Virus record (IMG/VR): IMGVR_UViG_3300029319_000030
Coordinates: 46,680-66,679 of that record
Length of the DNA: 20,000 nt
Source of the DNA: an uncultured virus (IMG/VR IMGVR_UViG_3300029319_000030)
Taxonomy: Duplodnaviria > Heunggongvirae > Uroviricota > Caudoviricetes
Strand: one strand, 5' to 3'
Part shown: positions 1-9,887 of the stretch, piece after piece
Layout of the letters: every line of letters starts with the position of its first letter
How positions within the stretch are numbered: position 1 is the stretch's first letter
Made by a program: the position numbers and the translations under genes
Notes under the pieces: model-generated
Databases searched by the model: none
Told to the model about the DNA's origin: nothing
The model's input: the letters and a program-made list of their open reading frames with translations, nothing else

Positions 1-818
1 TTGAACTGGTCGTTAAAAAAATTATTAGTTTTATTTAAAAATGTTCTTTTGTTTGCTTCAGATACCTTCTTTTGATTTTCTTGATCTTTATTGTATCTAT
101 TAAAAAAATCTACAGCCTTCTGCTGCTCACTAGTGAGTTTACTTCCGGCTTTAATTTCTTCATAGTATTTAGACTTTTGCCCGTCTAAATAGGCTCTAGC
201 CTCGGCAACTTGCTCTTTGAGGGCTATTTCTTTTTTACGCTTAGTTCTTTCATCATCTAATTCTTCATCAATACCAAACATATCTTCCATTAAGAAACTT
301 CGCTCTTCATTATTTAAATGAGATTTAGTAATCTTATAGTACTCGTTTAAAACATCGGTATCATCTAATTTAGATATATCTCTATTTAAATTAACGTAAT
401 CTTGTATATCACCACCGGTTTCATCCATAAAATCTACAAGCTTTTGTATGTTTTCTGGTAGTGGTTTACCTGTTTGTTCAGCTTCTTCAACAGCTTCTTC
501 AACAGCTTCTTCTACTTCTTCAACTGTTTTGTTTTCAATATCCTCTTCTACAACTTCCTCTATAATTGGAACTTCTTCTACTTCTTCTACAGGTTTTGTT
601 TCTTCTTTTTCTTCTTTAACTTCTTCTACAACCTCTTCTTTATCTAAAGGCGGTGGTGCGTCTAAATCAACTTTAGTAACAGTTGGATCATCAGCACTCA
701 TAAACTTTGATTTAAATTTACCGTCTTCACTTCTGGGTTGAGTTGTTTTTTCGTCTGCAACTTCTTCAACTAGTTGCTCAGTTGTTTCTTCAACAACTTC
801 TTTATTTTCTTCTGCCAT
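1..818 (-). CDS. Probable capsid scaffolding protein (partial, runs off left edge; not in ORF track)
   Basis: Open frame from ATG at 818 (MAEENKEVVEETTEQ...PRSEDGKF...LPENIQKLVDFMDETGGDIQDYVNLNRD...) to window edge. Very acidic Glu/Val-rich N-half, helical C-half, directly downstream of the portal gene. Confidence 0.7.
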   Translation of the reverse strand, partial: MAEENKEVVEETTEQLVEEVADEKTTQPRSEDGKFKSKFMSADDPTVTKVDLDAPPPLDKEEVVEEVKEEKEETKPVEEVEEVPIIEEVVEEDIENKTVEEVEEAVEEAVEEAEQTGKPLPENIQKLVDFMDETGGDIQDYVNLNRDISKLDDTDVLNEYYKITKSHLNNEERSFLMEDMFGIDEELDDERTKRKKEIALKEQVAEARAYLDGQKSKYYEEIKAGSKLTSEQQKAVDFFNRYNKDQENQKKVSEANKRTFLNKTNNFFNDQF

Positions 819-844
819 AATAAAATTTTATAAAATATTAAATA

Positions 845-3247
845 TTAAAGGTCGAACCTATTTAAGTTCGCTCCTCCTGTAAGTATATCATTACCTGATG
901 ATTCAAATTTATTAAACGAATCACCCTGCTTTCTTTGCTGTATCATTTCTTTTTGATGCATAGCTTGCTGATCTACTCTTTTGTCTTTTCTATCTTCTCT
1001 TTCAGTTTCACTTTGTTTTCTAGTTTGTAATTCTAATTGTTTCATCCTAGAATTTAAATCAAACTCAAACTGCATTAATTCTTTTTTAGCATTAACTTCG
1101 TTTTCTAAAAACTGAGCTTGAAGTTGATTTTTAGTTTGCTCTAACTGAGCTTCAGCTTGAGACTTTGTTTGTATCTTCTGCATTTCCATTTGCGCTGCCG
1201 CTTGCTGTGACTGTTGATTAGCTTGAGCTTGAGCTTGTATGTTTTGTTGTTGTATTGCTTGATCTCTTTCTATTTTCTTTTTTCTTTTGACTTTAAGTAA
1301 TTGATTTGCTAACTTAATATTTCTAACTTCTCTTAAATCTATAGCATCATCAATATCTAAAGTTTTTTGTTGCAACGCCATTTGTATATTATTTTCTAAT
1401 ATAGCTTTTTCTTCTTCGTCTGGTAATAATTCTATAAATATACCAAAGTCATGAAGATATAATTCTTTTAACTCTTCTAACGTAGCAACATTATGTGCAC
1501 CAATAGAATTTATAAAAGCGTGTTTTGTTGGAGAGTACTCAACTATATCAGCTATTCGTAAAGATAAACACTCAGCGGCTTCAGCGGTTAAAAACAACAT
1601 TGATTGTAGTATGTGTCTTGTCGCTGTATTAGAGTTTGCTGCTGCTAATTTTTGCACACCAACTAAAGCGTTTTTATCTGGCAAGCTACCGTCTCTAGCC
1701 TCATTCAAACCAGTTACATCTCTAATCATTTGCATGTAGTAGTTGTAAGTAGTTATTAAACTTTGTATCTTACCACCATTAACATTATTATTTATTTGTT
1801 GTATCGGCACTTTACCAGGATTCATATCACCATCTTGAGTAAAGCTTCTACCTATAACGCTACCAGTTTGAAAGAACATGTTTAAAGCTTCTTGCGGATT
1901 ATAGTTTGTTCCATTACCTAAATCTATTTCAGCTAAACCATCAGCGTCTAAGTAAACACCGTCTGGCACCATACGCGCCATTACTTGTTGTAGCTTTAAA
2001 TGCGTTAGCTGTATCATGTCAGCAAAGCTAGTTATTCTACCAACAATAGACTCTATTCTGTCTTCATACATACGAGGAGCTGTTATTTGATAGTTCATTT
2101 TAACACTACCAAAATTAGAATCAGACCTCATCATATTAGGACACATTCTCCACTCTAACAACTTATCACATCCTAAAACATAAACACCTTCATATAGAGT
2201 TTCAATAACTCTTTCAAGCTTTCTATACTCACCATCCATGCTAGCTGGCGGATTAAATCCATCGTCTTTTTCTATAACTTTTTCCCCACCAGCAGCTGTT
2301 GTTTTTAATTTATAAACATTATTCATATGTGTTTTAAAATTAAAATACAAAACCTCTATTTTATTTCTATCAGTATCGTAGTTTCTTGATGGTGTCTTAT
2401 AATTGTTGCCTCCAGATTTACTAACTATTTCTTCTATCTCTTCTTCACTTAAACCTGGAAATTGTTTTACGAGCTCATTAATAGGTATTTGTTTTACCTC
2501 ACCCACATAGTATATATCATCAAAATAAGGAGAGTCAGTATGTGAATAAACAATATCTGCTGGGTCTACATATTTAATTCTAGCACCATCGCTAAAATCA
2601 AAAGTTGTTTTAGTAGCAGCTATACCTAAAACAGTTAAATCATACAAGCATCTTCTTCTTACTAAATCATAATCACTAGCCTCCATTAAAGTATTTATAG
2701 CTTGTTCCTCTGCTATTTCAACTGCTTGCTTATAATTTAATTGCATATGTAAAGCTAGTTCTTCTTCCGTATCAGGTAGAGTTTCTGGATTATTTTCGTT
2801 TAACTCTATACCAAATAAATCTTTAGCACTTTTATCAAACTCTCTAGCTCTCATGTCTCTAAGCATTGACTCCATGTATTCTGTTCGCTTGCTAATACCA
2901 AACTCATCTTGAGAAAATGCGCTTATTTCGTAATTTCTTTGAGCCATACCATTTACTACTATATCAACAAACTTAGATATAACAGGTACTGGTTTCCAGT
3001 CTAAATTTAAATAAGATAAATCACCGTTTATAGATAACTCATTTTTATATTTTTGTATTGGTTGTTCGCCTCTAGCGTACAGTCTTAATCTATGAAAATT
3101 ATTTTTAGTATTATCATATTTAGATGTAGTACCTGAGAACCACTCGTGCTTTATAGCTTTTGCTACCTTTAAACCGTATTCTTCACTTAGCTTTTCCATG
3201 TCGCTAACTGCTTGCGACGGAAAGTATATAGAGTAATCTGATATCAT
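845..3247 (-). CDS. Portal protein
   Basis: 800 aa, immediately after the terminase (4-nt overlap). Contains the portal-like segment 'MIRDVTGLNEARDG' and a Gln-rich coiled-coil C-terminus. Synteny terminase-portal-scaffold. Confidence 0.8.
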   Translation of the reverse strand: MISDYSIYFPSQAVSDMEKLSEEYGLKVAKAIKHEWFSGTTSKYDNTKNNFHRLRLYARGEQPIQKYKNELSINGDLSYLNLDWKPVPVISKFVDIVVNGMAQRNYEISAFSQDEFGISKRTEYMESMLRDMRAREFDKSAKDLFGIELNENNPETLPDTEEELALHMQLNYKQAVEIAEEQAINTLMEASDYDLVRRRCLYDLTVLGIAATKTTFDFSDGARIKYVDPADIVYSHTDSPYFDDIYYVGEVKQIPINELVKQFPGLSEEEIEEIVSKSGGNNYKTPSRNYDTDRNKIEVLYFNFKTHMNNVYKLKTTAAGGEKVIEKDDGFNPPASMDGEYRKLERVIETLYEGVYVLGCDKLLEWRMCPNMMRSDSNFGSVKMNYQITAPRMYEDRIESIVGRITSFADMIQLTHLKLQQVMARMVPDGVYLDADGLAEIDLGNGTNYNPQEALNMFFQTGSVIGRSFTQDGDMNPGKVPIQQINNNVNGGKIQSLITTYNYYMQMIRDVTGLNEARDGSLPDKNALVGVQKLAAANSNTATRHILQSMLFLTAEAAECLSLRIADIVEYSPTKHAFINSIGAHNVATLEELKELYLHDFGIFIELLPDEEEKAILENNIQMALQQKTLDIDDAIDLREVRNIKLANQLLKVKRKKKIERDQAIQQQNIQAQAQANQQSQQAAAQMEMQKIQTKSQAEAQLEQTKNQLQAQFLENEVNAKKELMQFEFDLNSRMKQLELQTRKQSETEREDRKDKRVDQQAMHQKEMIQQRKQGDSFNKFESSGNDILTGGANLNRFDL

Positions 3248-5481
3248 ATTTTATTCTTAATTATCTTTGATGTAATTCCTTTATTATTAAATTTAGATAT
3301 ATTTAAATTTAACGGTTGTCTTTTTTGTTTTGGATTAGGTCGATATAAATGTCTATTACAAGCCATTACAGCTAAGCCAGAACTTATTGAGGCATCATGT
3401 TTTGTTCTTCTATTTATATCAAACTTAGACCAATCGTTTAACGTATTATTAAAATACATAGTTCCATAAGTTCCATCCTGCAATAATCCAACATGGTCAT
3501 TGATATACATTTCAATAGCAGCTGCATGAGCTTGCTTTATATCTTCACTAGAGTTTGGTATACCACCTACTTCTTTTTCAGACGCTGAAAGCTTGTTCCA
3601 TATTTTATCTGGCCTATTCATACTAAAGCTTCTATAACCTCTTCTACGTAAATAGTATAATAATCTTGGTTTATTATTTTCTGCAAGTATTGGCATACCG
3701 TAAAATACTAATGCCATTAAAACATCTTCAAAAAATATTTCAGCCGTCTGTGGTCTTGCTATATATTCTAAAAAGAAAGTATTAGCTGGAGCATCTTCCA
3801 TTGAAAACTTAGTTAAACCGTGCAAGGCACCTTTCGACCCTTTGTTGTCTACAGTTCCAGATATATCGTATGAGTCACAACCAAAAGCTCCAACGTGTTC
3901 ATTGCCAGGATATTTAACTCCATTTTTTATTACTACATTATTTTGTAGCTTAGAGTTAGGTACCCAGCTTATATTAAATCTACCTCCAGGATCTGGATTA
4001 AAAATAACTCTTGTATCTTTAACACCATTAACCCATTGAAAGTTTCCAATTGTAACTACAGAAGAACTTCTGTTACCTTCGTTATAATCTATTTGCTCGT
4101 ATATTTTTATAAGATTAAATAAACTATTTTTAGTTTCATCTCTAAACGCGTGCTCTTCAGTTCTTGGAAACTGGCGATAAAATTCGTTTAAAGCGTCTTG
4201 ATCTTCTTTTAAGCCTTCAGCTTCATTTTCCCAATGGTCTATTACGCCATAATCTATTTCTATTCCTTGTGGATCAAGTGCTGGTTTTTTAGGAGTATTG
4301 AAAACAGGCTGCCCGTATTCGTCAATGAATCCTTCGTAATTCCATTCCATAGGAATAAACAAAGAATATAATCCAGACTTAGTTTGTCCGTTTTTGTTTC
4401 GCTTTGTAACATCTGAGTCATTGTATAGATTTTTAAAATTATCACCACCTTTCTCTAATGAATTACTAGTACTACCCATCATGCACTTACCAACAACTCT
4501 ACTACCTAAACGTAAACAAGTTTTTGTAACTCTCCAGTTATTTTTTATATTATCAGGCCTTTCCCACTTACCGCTTTCATCGTGTACTAGTAAGTTTAAC
4601 TTTTCACCATCATAACTATTGTCACCTGTATTCTTCCAGTCTATAGTTGTATCAAGCCCTTCAACATCATCCATCTCTTCACGCTCACGTATTTTTTTAC
4701 GTGTAAACTTTTTAGCTGGCACTCTATATGCGAGTTCGGACTTTGGCCGGTCCATACCGTCCTGTATTGGTTTGAAGAAGAAGGGATAATTTAAACTAAT
4801 AGGTACTACTTTGTCTGTAAACATTTTCTTTGCATCAGCACCAGTCTTAGATAATATACCAAATCTACTATCACTAGCAAGTGTTGCTAAATTAACAGTT
4901 TCAGCTGAACTCATAAATGAAAAACCTGATCGCCTATTTTTTAAATAGCACATACCGTAGCATCTACTATCAGCTTTACAAGCCTCCCAAAATATATAGA
5001 ATAATCTGTTTGCTTCTCTATAATCAGGTGCGCCTACATCTATTTTACTCCATTGTAAATACATATAATGTGTGCCTGTTATGTAAGTTGGCTTACCGTT
5101 ATTCATAAACCAAAAGCCTTCCTCTCTTCTTTTGAACTCTTCGTCTATATAGCCGTAGTGCTCTTCTTTAAAATCAAGTGGATAATCTTGCCAATCAAAT
5201 ACTGTTTTAATTTTTTTAAACTCAGGTTTAGCTGGAAACTGTTTCCACTTTTGTTCTGATTTTATTTCGCTACAAGTATATATTTTTTTAGGCTGTTTAG
5301 GTAAGGCTATGTGTAAGCCTTGTATTTCTATAACATCACCTATCATACCAGTTTTAGATATAACAACTACATTGTTTTCTTTATTATATCCATACTCCCA
5401 CTTCTTGCTTTTGTTTAGCCTCTTAACAGTGTTCAGCCTTATTGGTTCTACTATTTTATATAAGCTTTGTTCGTACTTCAT
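3244..5481 (-). CDS. terL: Terminase large subunit
   Basis: Walker A-like KNRRSGFS, Walker B LLVHDESGK, motif III GSTSN, nuclease-domain acidic motifs GCDSYD and KHDASISSG. Confidence 0.88.
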   Translation of the reverse strand: MKYEQSLYKIVEPIRLNTVKRLNKSKKWEYGYNKENNVVVISKTGMIGDVIEIQGLHIALPKQPKKIYTCSEIKSEQKWKQFPAKPEFKKIKTVFDWQDYPLDFKEEHYGYIDEEFKRREEGFWFMNNGKPTYITGTHYMYLQWSKIDVGAPDYREANRLFYIFWEACKADSRCYGMCYLKNRRSGFSFMSSAETVNLATLASDSRFGILSKTGADAKKMFTDKVVPISLNYPFFFKPIQDGMDRPKSELAYRVPAKKFTRKKIREREEMDDVEGLDTTIDWKNTGDNSYDGEKLNLLVHDESGKWERPDNIKNNWRVTKTCLRLGSRVVGKCMMGSTSNSLEKGGDNFKNLYNDSDVTKRNKNGQTKSGLYSLFIPMEWNYEGFIDEYGQPVFNTPKKPALDPQGIEIDYGVIDHWENEAEGLKEDQDALNEFYRQFPRTEEHAFRDETKNSLFNLIKIYEQIDYNEGNRSSSVVTIGNFQWVNGVKDTRVIFNPDPGGRFNISWVPNSKLQNNVVIKNGVKYPGNEHVGAFGCDSYDISGTVDNKGSKGALHGLTKFSMEDAPANTFFLEYIARPQTAEIFFEDVLMALVFYGMPILAENNKPRLLYYLRRRGYRSFSMNRPDKIWNKLSASEKEVGGIPNSSEDIKQAHAAAIEMYINDHVGLLQDGTYGTMYFNNTLNDWSKFDINRRTKHDASISSGLAVMACNRHLYRPNPKQKRQPLNLNISKFNNKGITSKIIKNKI

Positions 5482-5750
5482 TTTGATCTACCTTCTGCAA
5501 AACCTTTAAATGTAGTTTCTTTTTTTTCTTCAACTTTACCTTCAAGTATATTCTCTTCTTCGTTTATACGGTTCAGTATTTCAAACGCATCGAATATAGC
5601 TAGCTTCTTTGTAGCAGCTGCATTTTTTAATCTATCAGCTGATATATCGTCATCGCTATCAACAATAGGTTCTTTAGCAACTTTAATAAGTTCTTCAACT
5701 GCTTTCTGCCCAGCTTGGATTATACTCTTCTTCGTTTCCTTTATATTCAT
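5478..5750 (-). CDS. Hypothetical helical protein, possible terminase small subunit
   Basis: 90 aa helical protein overlapping the terL start by 4 nt; function inferred only from position. Confidence 0.4.
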   Translation of the reverse strand: MNIKETKKSIIQAGQKAVEELIKVAKEPIVDSDDDISADRLKNAAATKKLAIFDAFEILNRINEEENILEGKVEEKKETTFKGFAEGRSK

Positions 5751-6273
5751 ATTTAATTGTAATAAATTTATTCATAACTCTATATAATCTTTCTCCATTT
5801 ATAACGAACTCATATTCACTATTAGGCGTAAACCCAACTAAGTCACCAATGTTATAAACACCATCTGTATATTTTATTATACCAACTAATGGCTGCTCTG
5901 CATTACTGCTTAGTTTATTATTTGATTTTATAGGTTTAACAAAACTATAACCAGGCATAGTTTTATTATTGTATAAATATATTTGATCTTGTGATATTAT
6001 ATATTTATCTTCTTTCCAATACGATCTACTATTACGTTCTCTACCTTTAACATCTGTCCATCTTCTAAATATATTATGATGCACTATTACTTCATCACCT
6101 ACGTTAACAGGTGATTGAAACAATAGTGGAGTGGCGATAACTTTTGCTTTTCTATTTATATATTGGTGATTAAATATTTCAGTATTAAGTATTAGTTCTT
6201 TGTCGTCAACTCGTGAAACATTATTATAACGCTCGCCAATAGGAGACACAATAAAATCTTTATAAGCATTCAT
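5695..6273 (-). CDS. GroES-like (tandem two-domain) protein
   Basis: Two segments resemble the GroES beta-barrel: 'KAKVIATP...VNVGDEVIVHH' and 'VGIIKY...YNIGDLVGF...EFVINGERLYRV'. Confidence 0.55.
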   Translation of the reverse strand: MNAYKDFIVSPIGERYNNVSRVDDKELILNTEIFNHQYINRKAKVIATPLLFQSPVNVGDEVIVHHNIFRRWTDVKGRERNSRSYWKEDKYIISQDQIYLYNNKTMPGYSFVKPIKSNNKLSSNAEQPLVGIIKYTDGVYNIGDLVGFTPNSEYEFVINGERLYRVMNKFITIKYEYKGNEEEYNPSWAESS

Positions 6274-6497
6274 TAATATTCTAGATTATACTCAACTGAT
6301 ATAGCCATATTTTTATTAAAGTCTTTCCAAGGTATAACGACCTTTTCTTTTTTAATATATACACAGTACTTATCTTCTTCTTCTATTATGTCACAAATTT
6401 TATGACCACCATAAACCTCTTGATCAACAGCATAGTGCATTGAATCATTTTTGTAATCTTTGCCTATAGTAATTTTTCTTATAATATTATTTTTCAT
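6273..6497 (-). CDS. Hypothetical protein
   Basis: ORF track 6273..6521; second ATG (MKNNIIRKITIG, 6497) gives a shorter overlap with the upstream gene and is preferred. Confidence 0.6.
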   Translation of the reverse strand: MKNNIIRKITIGKDYKNDSMHYAVDQEVYGGHKICDIIEEEDKYCVYIKKEKVVIPWKDFNKNMAISVEYNLEY

Positions 6498-6759
6498 CCT
6501 TAGGCCAGTTAATTTTTCCATCAGCTATGTTAACATCAAAAGTACCATATTCTTTTGAAAGTTTTTCTTGCATATCAACAACGTTCTTTTGTCCTAATCC
6601 TAACTCATGCAATAGATTATGCTTTTGCCCTTCAAGCTGTCCTATTTTAAATTGAAGATTATTAATAACACCTACTATTTCTTGTAGTTCTTTTAAGTGT
6701 TCATCTGATATCTTGTCAACCTTAGGTTTAAGGTCAACTACTTTTTCTTTTTTTCCCAT
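6487..6759 (-). CDS. Hypothetical coiled-coil protein
   Basis: 90 aa ORF in operon, AT-rich leader, heptad pattern. Confidence 0.65.
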   Translation of the reverse strand: MGKKEKVVDLKPKVDKISDEHLKELQEIVGVINNLQFKIGQLEGQKHNLLHELGLGQKNVVDMQEKLSKEYGTFDVNIADGKINWPKDEK

Positions 6760-6788
6760 GATTTTATTTAATTTAATTATTATTTATA

Positions 6789-7142
6789 TTAGCAAGGAAG
6801 TATAGGACCTACAACCACACCTCTTTCATTTATCTCTATTGTAAAACCTCTACCACGATCATCTTGAAACTGTATATAACCAGGTCCAAATCTGTTGTCA
6901 CCTCTTGCTCTTTTTTCTCTATAAACTATTTCACCTGCTCTTGGTATAGGATTACGACCATTGTGATAATACGTTATATTAATATCTCTTAATCTACAAG
7001 CATCTCTTTGCTCTGTAGCCAACGCAGAACCAGTAAATGATAAGTATCTTTTTGCTGTTCTAACTTCTCTAACTCTTTTTATTATTTCGGGCTTTGACTT
7101 TCCTTTAGCCTTACCCATACCCATATTATTACCTAATCCCAT
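6789..7142 (-). CDS. Hypothetical basic protein
   Basis: 117 aa, Arg/Lys-rich; start overlaps stop of upstream gene (TAATG). Confidence 0.6.
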   Translation of the reverse strand: MGLGNNMGMGKAKGKSKPEIIKRVREVRTAKRYLSFTGSALATEQRDACRLRDINITYYHNGRNPIPRAGEIVYREKRARGDNRFGPGYIQFQDDRGRGFTIEINERGVVVGPILPC

Positions 7143-7831
7143 TATTTACCAAAGTAACATATAACACCTTTATCAGTTTCAGTTTGAAAAGCTGTCCATC
7201 TACCATATATAGTGGTTCCAGCTGGAAAAGATTGACCTTCAGCTGATAAACCTCCAGCTCCATGAGTTTCGTCTATAAATATTAAAGCTTCACCACTACT
7301 TGTTATAGCCGTGTCTAGTTGAACTTTATCTACACCATCCCAAGAAACTACTTTAACACCAGCTTTATGAGGACCATTATATACTGGAAGTGGAGTTTGA
7401 GCTGTATCAATCGCTAAAGCTGTACTACCATTTTCTGTAGCAGCTGGATCTACTAATAAAGCGTATTGGCCTTTTCTAATTAAGCTAGTATCAGAAGGAG
7501 GATTAGTTAGTGTTATATCAGTAAAAGCTGCATGAGTAGCGTTACTTATAGCACTACCACACGCGCCAGCAAAGTTTACGTTACTAGTTATAGTTTCCTC
7601 AAAATCTTCTACGTCTTTAGCTGTTGTACCTGTTATACCAACAAATCCAGGACCACCTTCATCTAAACGCTCTGGCGTCATTATAACTGGTGTTGTGTCT
7701 GCAGCTGTATGTAAAAAAGTAATAGCTACTATAACGTGATCTTTTGGAGGTATAATTGGTTGAGCTTTATCTGAATAAGCACTACCTAGTTGTCCGAAGT
7801 CATAAGCTACTCCTGTTGAATTTATTCCCAT
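7142..7831 (-). CDS. Hypothetical protein, possibly virion structural
   Basis: 229 aa, Thr/Ala/Gly-rich beta-type composition, in late operon. Confidence 0.55.
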   Translation of the reverse strand: MGINSTGVAYDFGQLGSAYSDKAQPIIPPKDHVIVAITFLHTAADTTPVIMTPERLDEGGPGFVGITGTTAKDVEDFEETITSNVNFAGACGSAISNATHAAFTDITLTNPPSDTSLIRKGQYALLVDPAATENGSTALAIDTAQTPLPVYNGPHKAGVKVVSWDGVDKVQLDTAITSSGEALIFIDETHGAGGLSAEGQSFPAGTTIYGRWTAFQTETDKGVICYFGK

Positions 7832-7833
7832 AA

Positions 7834-8256
7834 TTATTTTTTATTTATTTGTTCATTTTTTTTTGACGAGCCTCCAAAGAAGAAGTCGACAACCGTATTA
7901 ACTTTAGCACTCATCGCGCCGAATATTGTTGAGATGAAACTAATTTCAAACTCACCTAAGTTTATGTCTTTCATTACAAAAAACTTAAACATCATAAAGC
8001 TTAGTCCAAAGTACGCTGCCGTAAATAACGTTGCAAGTACTTTTTGAATAAGAGCATCGTCTTTATACATATCACGTGCGCTCTTTCTGTCTTCGACTTC
8101 TTTGTTGAAAGCTTCGGTTTCGGCTTCAAGTAATAACCGTCTAAGAGCGAGCTTCGCTTCATCTCTTTCTTTGTCTGTTGTAATAACTTTGTCAAGTATT
8201 CCTTCCGCATTGTCTACTACTTTGCCGAATAAGCCACCTATAAATTTTCCTATCAT
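7834..8256 (-). CDS. Holin-like membrane protein (3TM/GTA-holin type)
   Basis: N-terminal amphipathic segment, 'ILDKVITTDKERDEAKLAL...SAR' pattern, two hydrophobic helices, C-terminal 'FFFGGSSKK'. Confidence 0.65.
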   Translation of the reverse strand: MIGKFIGGLFGKVVDNAEGILDKVITTDKERDEAKLALRRLLLEAETEAFNKEVEDRKSARDMYKDDALIQKVLATLFTAAYFGLSFMMFKFFVMKDINLGEFEISFISTIFGAMSAKVNTVVDFFFGGSSKKNEQINKK

Positions 8257-8712
8257 CGTTCATTATCTTTTATCATATCATCGATAGACTTATTCATTAC
8301 CTTATCGGTGTATGATTTGTTATTAAAAAACACATTTGNNNNNNNNNNACACACTTGATTCTGAAGTAGGTATATCTTCTTCTCCTAAAAGTATACGATA
8401 TATTCTACTTATCAAGTGTGAGCACTTGAAGGAGGTTTTGAATACAGAGTATTTGATGGTTGTTCTGTTTCTGTGTCTCCAAGTTTCTATCCAACCATTC
8501 CTCCTTAATTTTTCCCAACGGTTTTTATCCCAACTCATTGTATAGGTACCGTCGATAAATTCATTTCTTGTAAAACGACCTTTACAGTCTAAGTAAATTA
8601 GTAACTCAAGATCAGCGTCTGTTAACCCGTAAGTCTTACAGGCCCATTTACGAACGAGCCTGTAATACTTAAGGATTTGTAAATCACGAATATCGTGACT
8701 AGTTAATCTCAT
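8253..8712 (-). CDS. Winged-helix (MarR-like) DNA-binding protein, spans assembly gap
   Basis: 'YGLTDADLELLIYLD...FTRNEF...LRRNGWI' resembles wHTH. Past the N gap (8339-8348) a frame continues VFFNNKSYTDKVMNKSIDDMIKDNER* to TGA at 8253, overlapping the holin ATG (ATGA). Confidence 0.55.
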
Positions 8713-8718
8713 TCAAGA

Positions 8719-9090
8719 TTAACCTTCACCAGTTACGTTAGTAGCACAACTAATTATATGCTTGCTAGCAAATACTGAGTTTGCAGCATCACAAACAACT
8801 ACCATAGGCTTATCATAAACTCTAGCAGAGTTTATAGCAGCCGTAATATCATGTATAACTTCTTTGTGTTTATTTGCTGTTATAGTAAGCGTAACGTGAT
8901 CAGCGGTAAAAGTATTGTCGTCAGAGTCAGCATAACCTCTAAGTGGTTTAAGCTCCACTTCTAACTTATCAGTATTACCCTCCGCTCTAAATCCTTTTAA
9001 TCTACTCAAAGGGACGCATAAACTGTCAAAGGCTGTATCAAAAGCCCCGTCAGACTCGTCCATGAAATATAAATATTTTTCTTTTATCAT
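8719..9090 (-). CDS. Hypothetical protein, paralog of 9116..9514
   Basis: Shares LYFM..DGAF, KGF, NKHKEVI.DI and NSV.AS..IISC blocks with its neighbour. Confidence 0.75.
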   Translation of the reverse strand: MIKEKYLYFMDESDGAFDTAFDSLCVPLSRLKGFRAEGNTDKLEVELKPLRGYADSDDNTFTADHVTLTITANKHKEVIHDITAAINSARVYDKPMVVVCDAANSVFASKHIISCATNVTGEG

Positions 9091-9115
9091 TTTTCTATAT
9101 TTTAAATATTAGTAA

Positions 9116-9514
9116 TTAAGCCTCAGGCGTTATTGTTATTGATGTACAAGATATAATATTGTCACTTGCATACACTGAATTTGTGTCATCTGCCACAACA
9201 ATGAAACCATCGGAATGTGTTCCATGTATTAAAGCTAGTATATCTTCTATAACTTCTTTGTGTTTATTATCTTGTATTTCAAGCACTATACGATCTCCAA
9301 AAAAATCAGTGTCATTGTTTTCGTTAACCTGACCTAGCATAGGATCAAATTCTAACGTTAACTCATTTACAGCATTAGATCCAGATACGTTTGTAAATCC
9401 TTTAAATCTTTCTACTGGTATAGCAACGCAGTCATTTGCCTCGTTAAAAGCGCCATCAATTTCTTCCATAAAATATAGAAACTTTCCAGTTAAATGTCCT
9501 TGATGTTCTCTCAT
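9116..9514 (-). CDS. Hypothetical protein, paralog of 8719..9090
   Basis: Same shared blocks; tandem duplication. Confidence 0.75.
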   Translation of the reverse strand: MREHQGHLTGKFLYFMEEIDGAFNEANDCVAIPVERFKGFTNVSGSNAVNELTLEFDPMLGQVNENNDTDFFGDRIVLEIQDNKHKEVIEDILALIHGTHSDGFIVVADDTNSVYASDNIISCTSITITPEA

Positions 9515-9629
9515 TTTAAATTTTTTTTATGATTAATAATTAATTTATGATTTTATGTTTATTGTTTATGGTTTATAGTTTGCGTATAATCTACTTTAAT
9601 AGTAATTACACGTTTTTATTAAATAGTAA

Positions 9630-9887
9630 TTATTCTACTATAACTATATCCCTAGCACGTATAACTCTATACATAGTATCGTTATAAGCTATGTCATGCC
9701 CAGCAATAGCGTCATAGTATACAACATCACCTTTACTAACAATAGGAACATCGTTACCTACAGAAATAACGTTGGCTTTTTTGTATCTGTTTGTTTCATC
9801 TGTCTCATCAGTTAATATAAGGCCGCCAACTTTCTTTGGCCCTTCTTTTATTATATCAACTATTACATAATCGTTAACTGCTTGCAT
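9630..9887 (-). CDS. groES: Co-chaperonin GroES
   Basis: MQAVNDYVIV...KKVGGLIL (mobile loop)...ANVISVG...VSKGDVVYY...YRVIRARDIV; adjacent to groEL. Start at second Met preferred. Confidence 0.88.
   Translation of the reverse strand: MQAVNDYVIVDIIKEGPKKVGGLILTDETDETNRYKKANVISVGNDVPIVSKGDVVYYDAIAGHDIAYNDTMYRVIRARDIVIVE

Noticed and set aside
8323..8348. Apparent truncation of the wHTH gene
   Set aside because: Caused by the N gap at 8339-8348; a plausible C-terminus continues to 8253.
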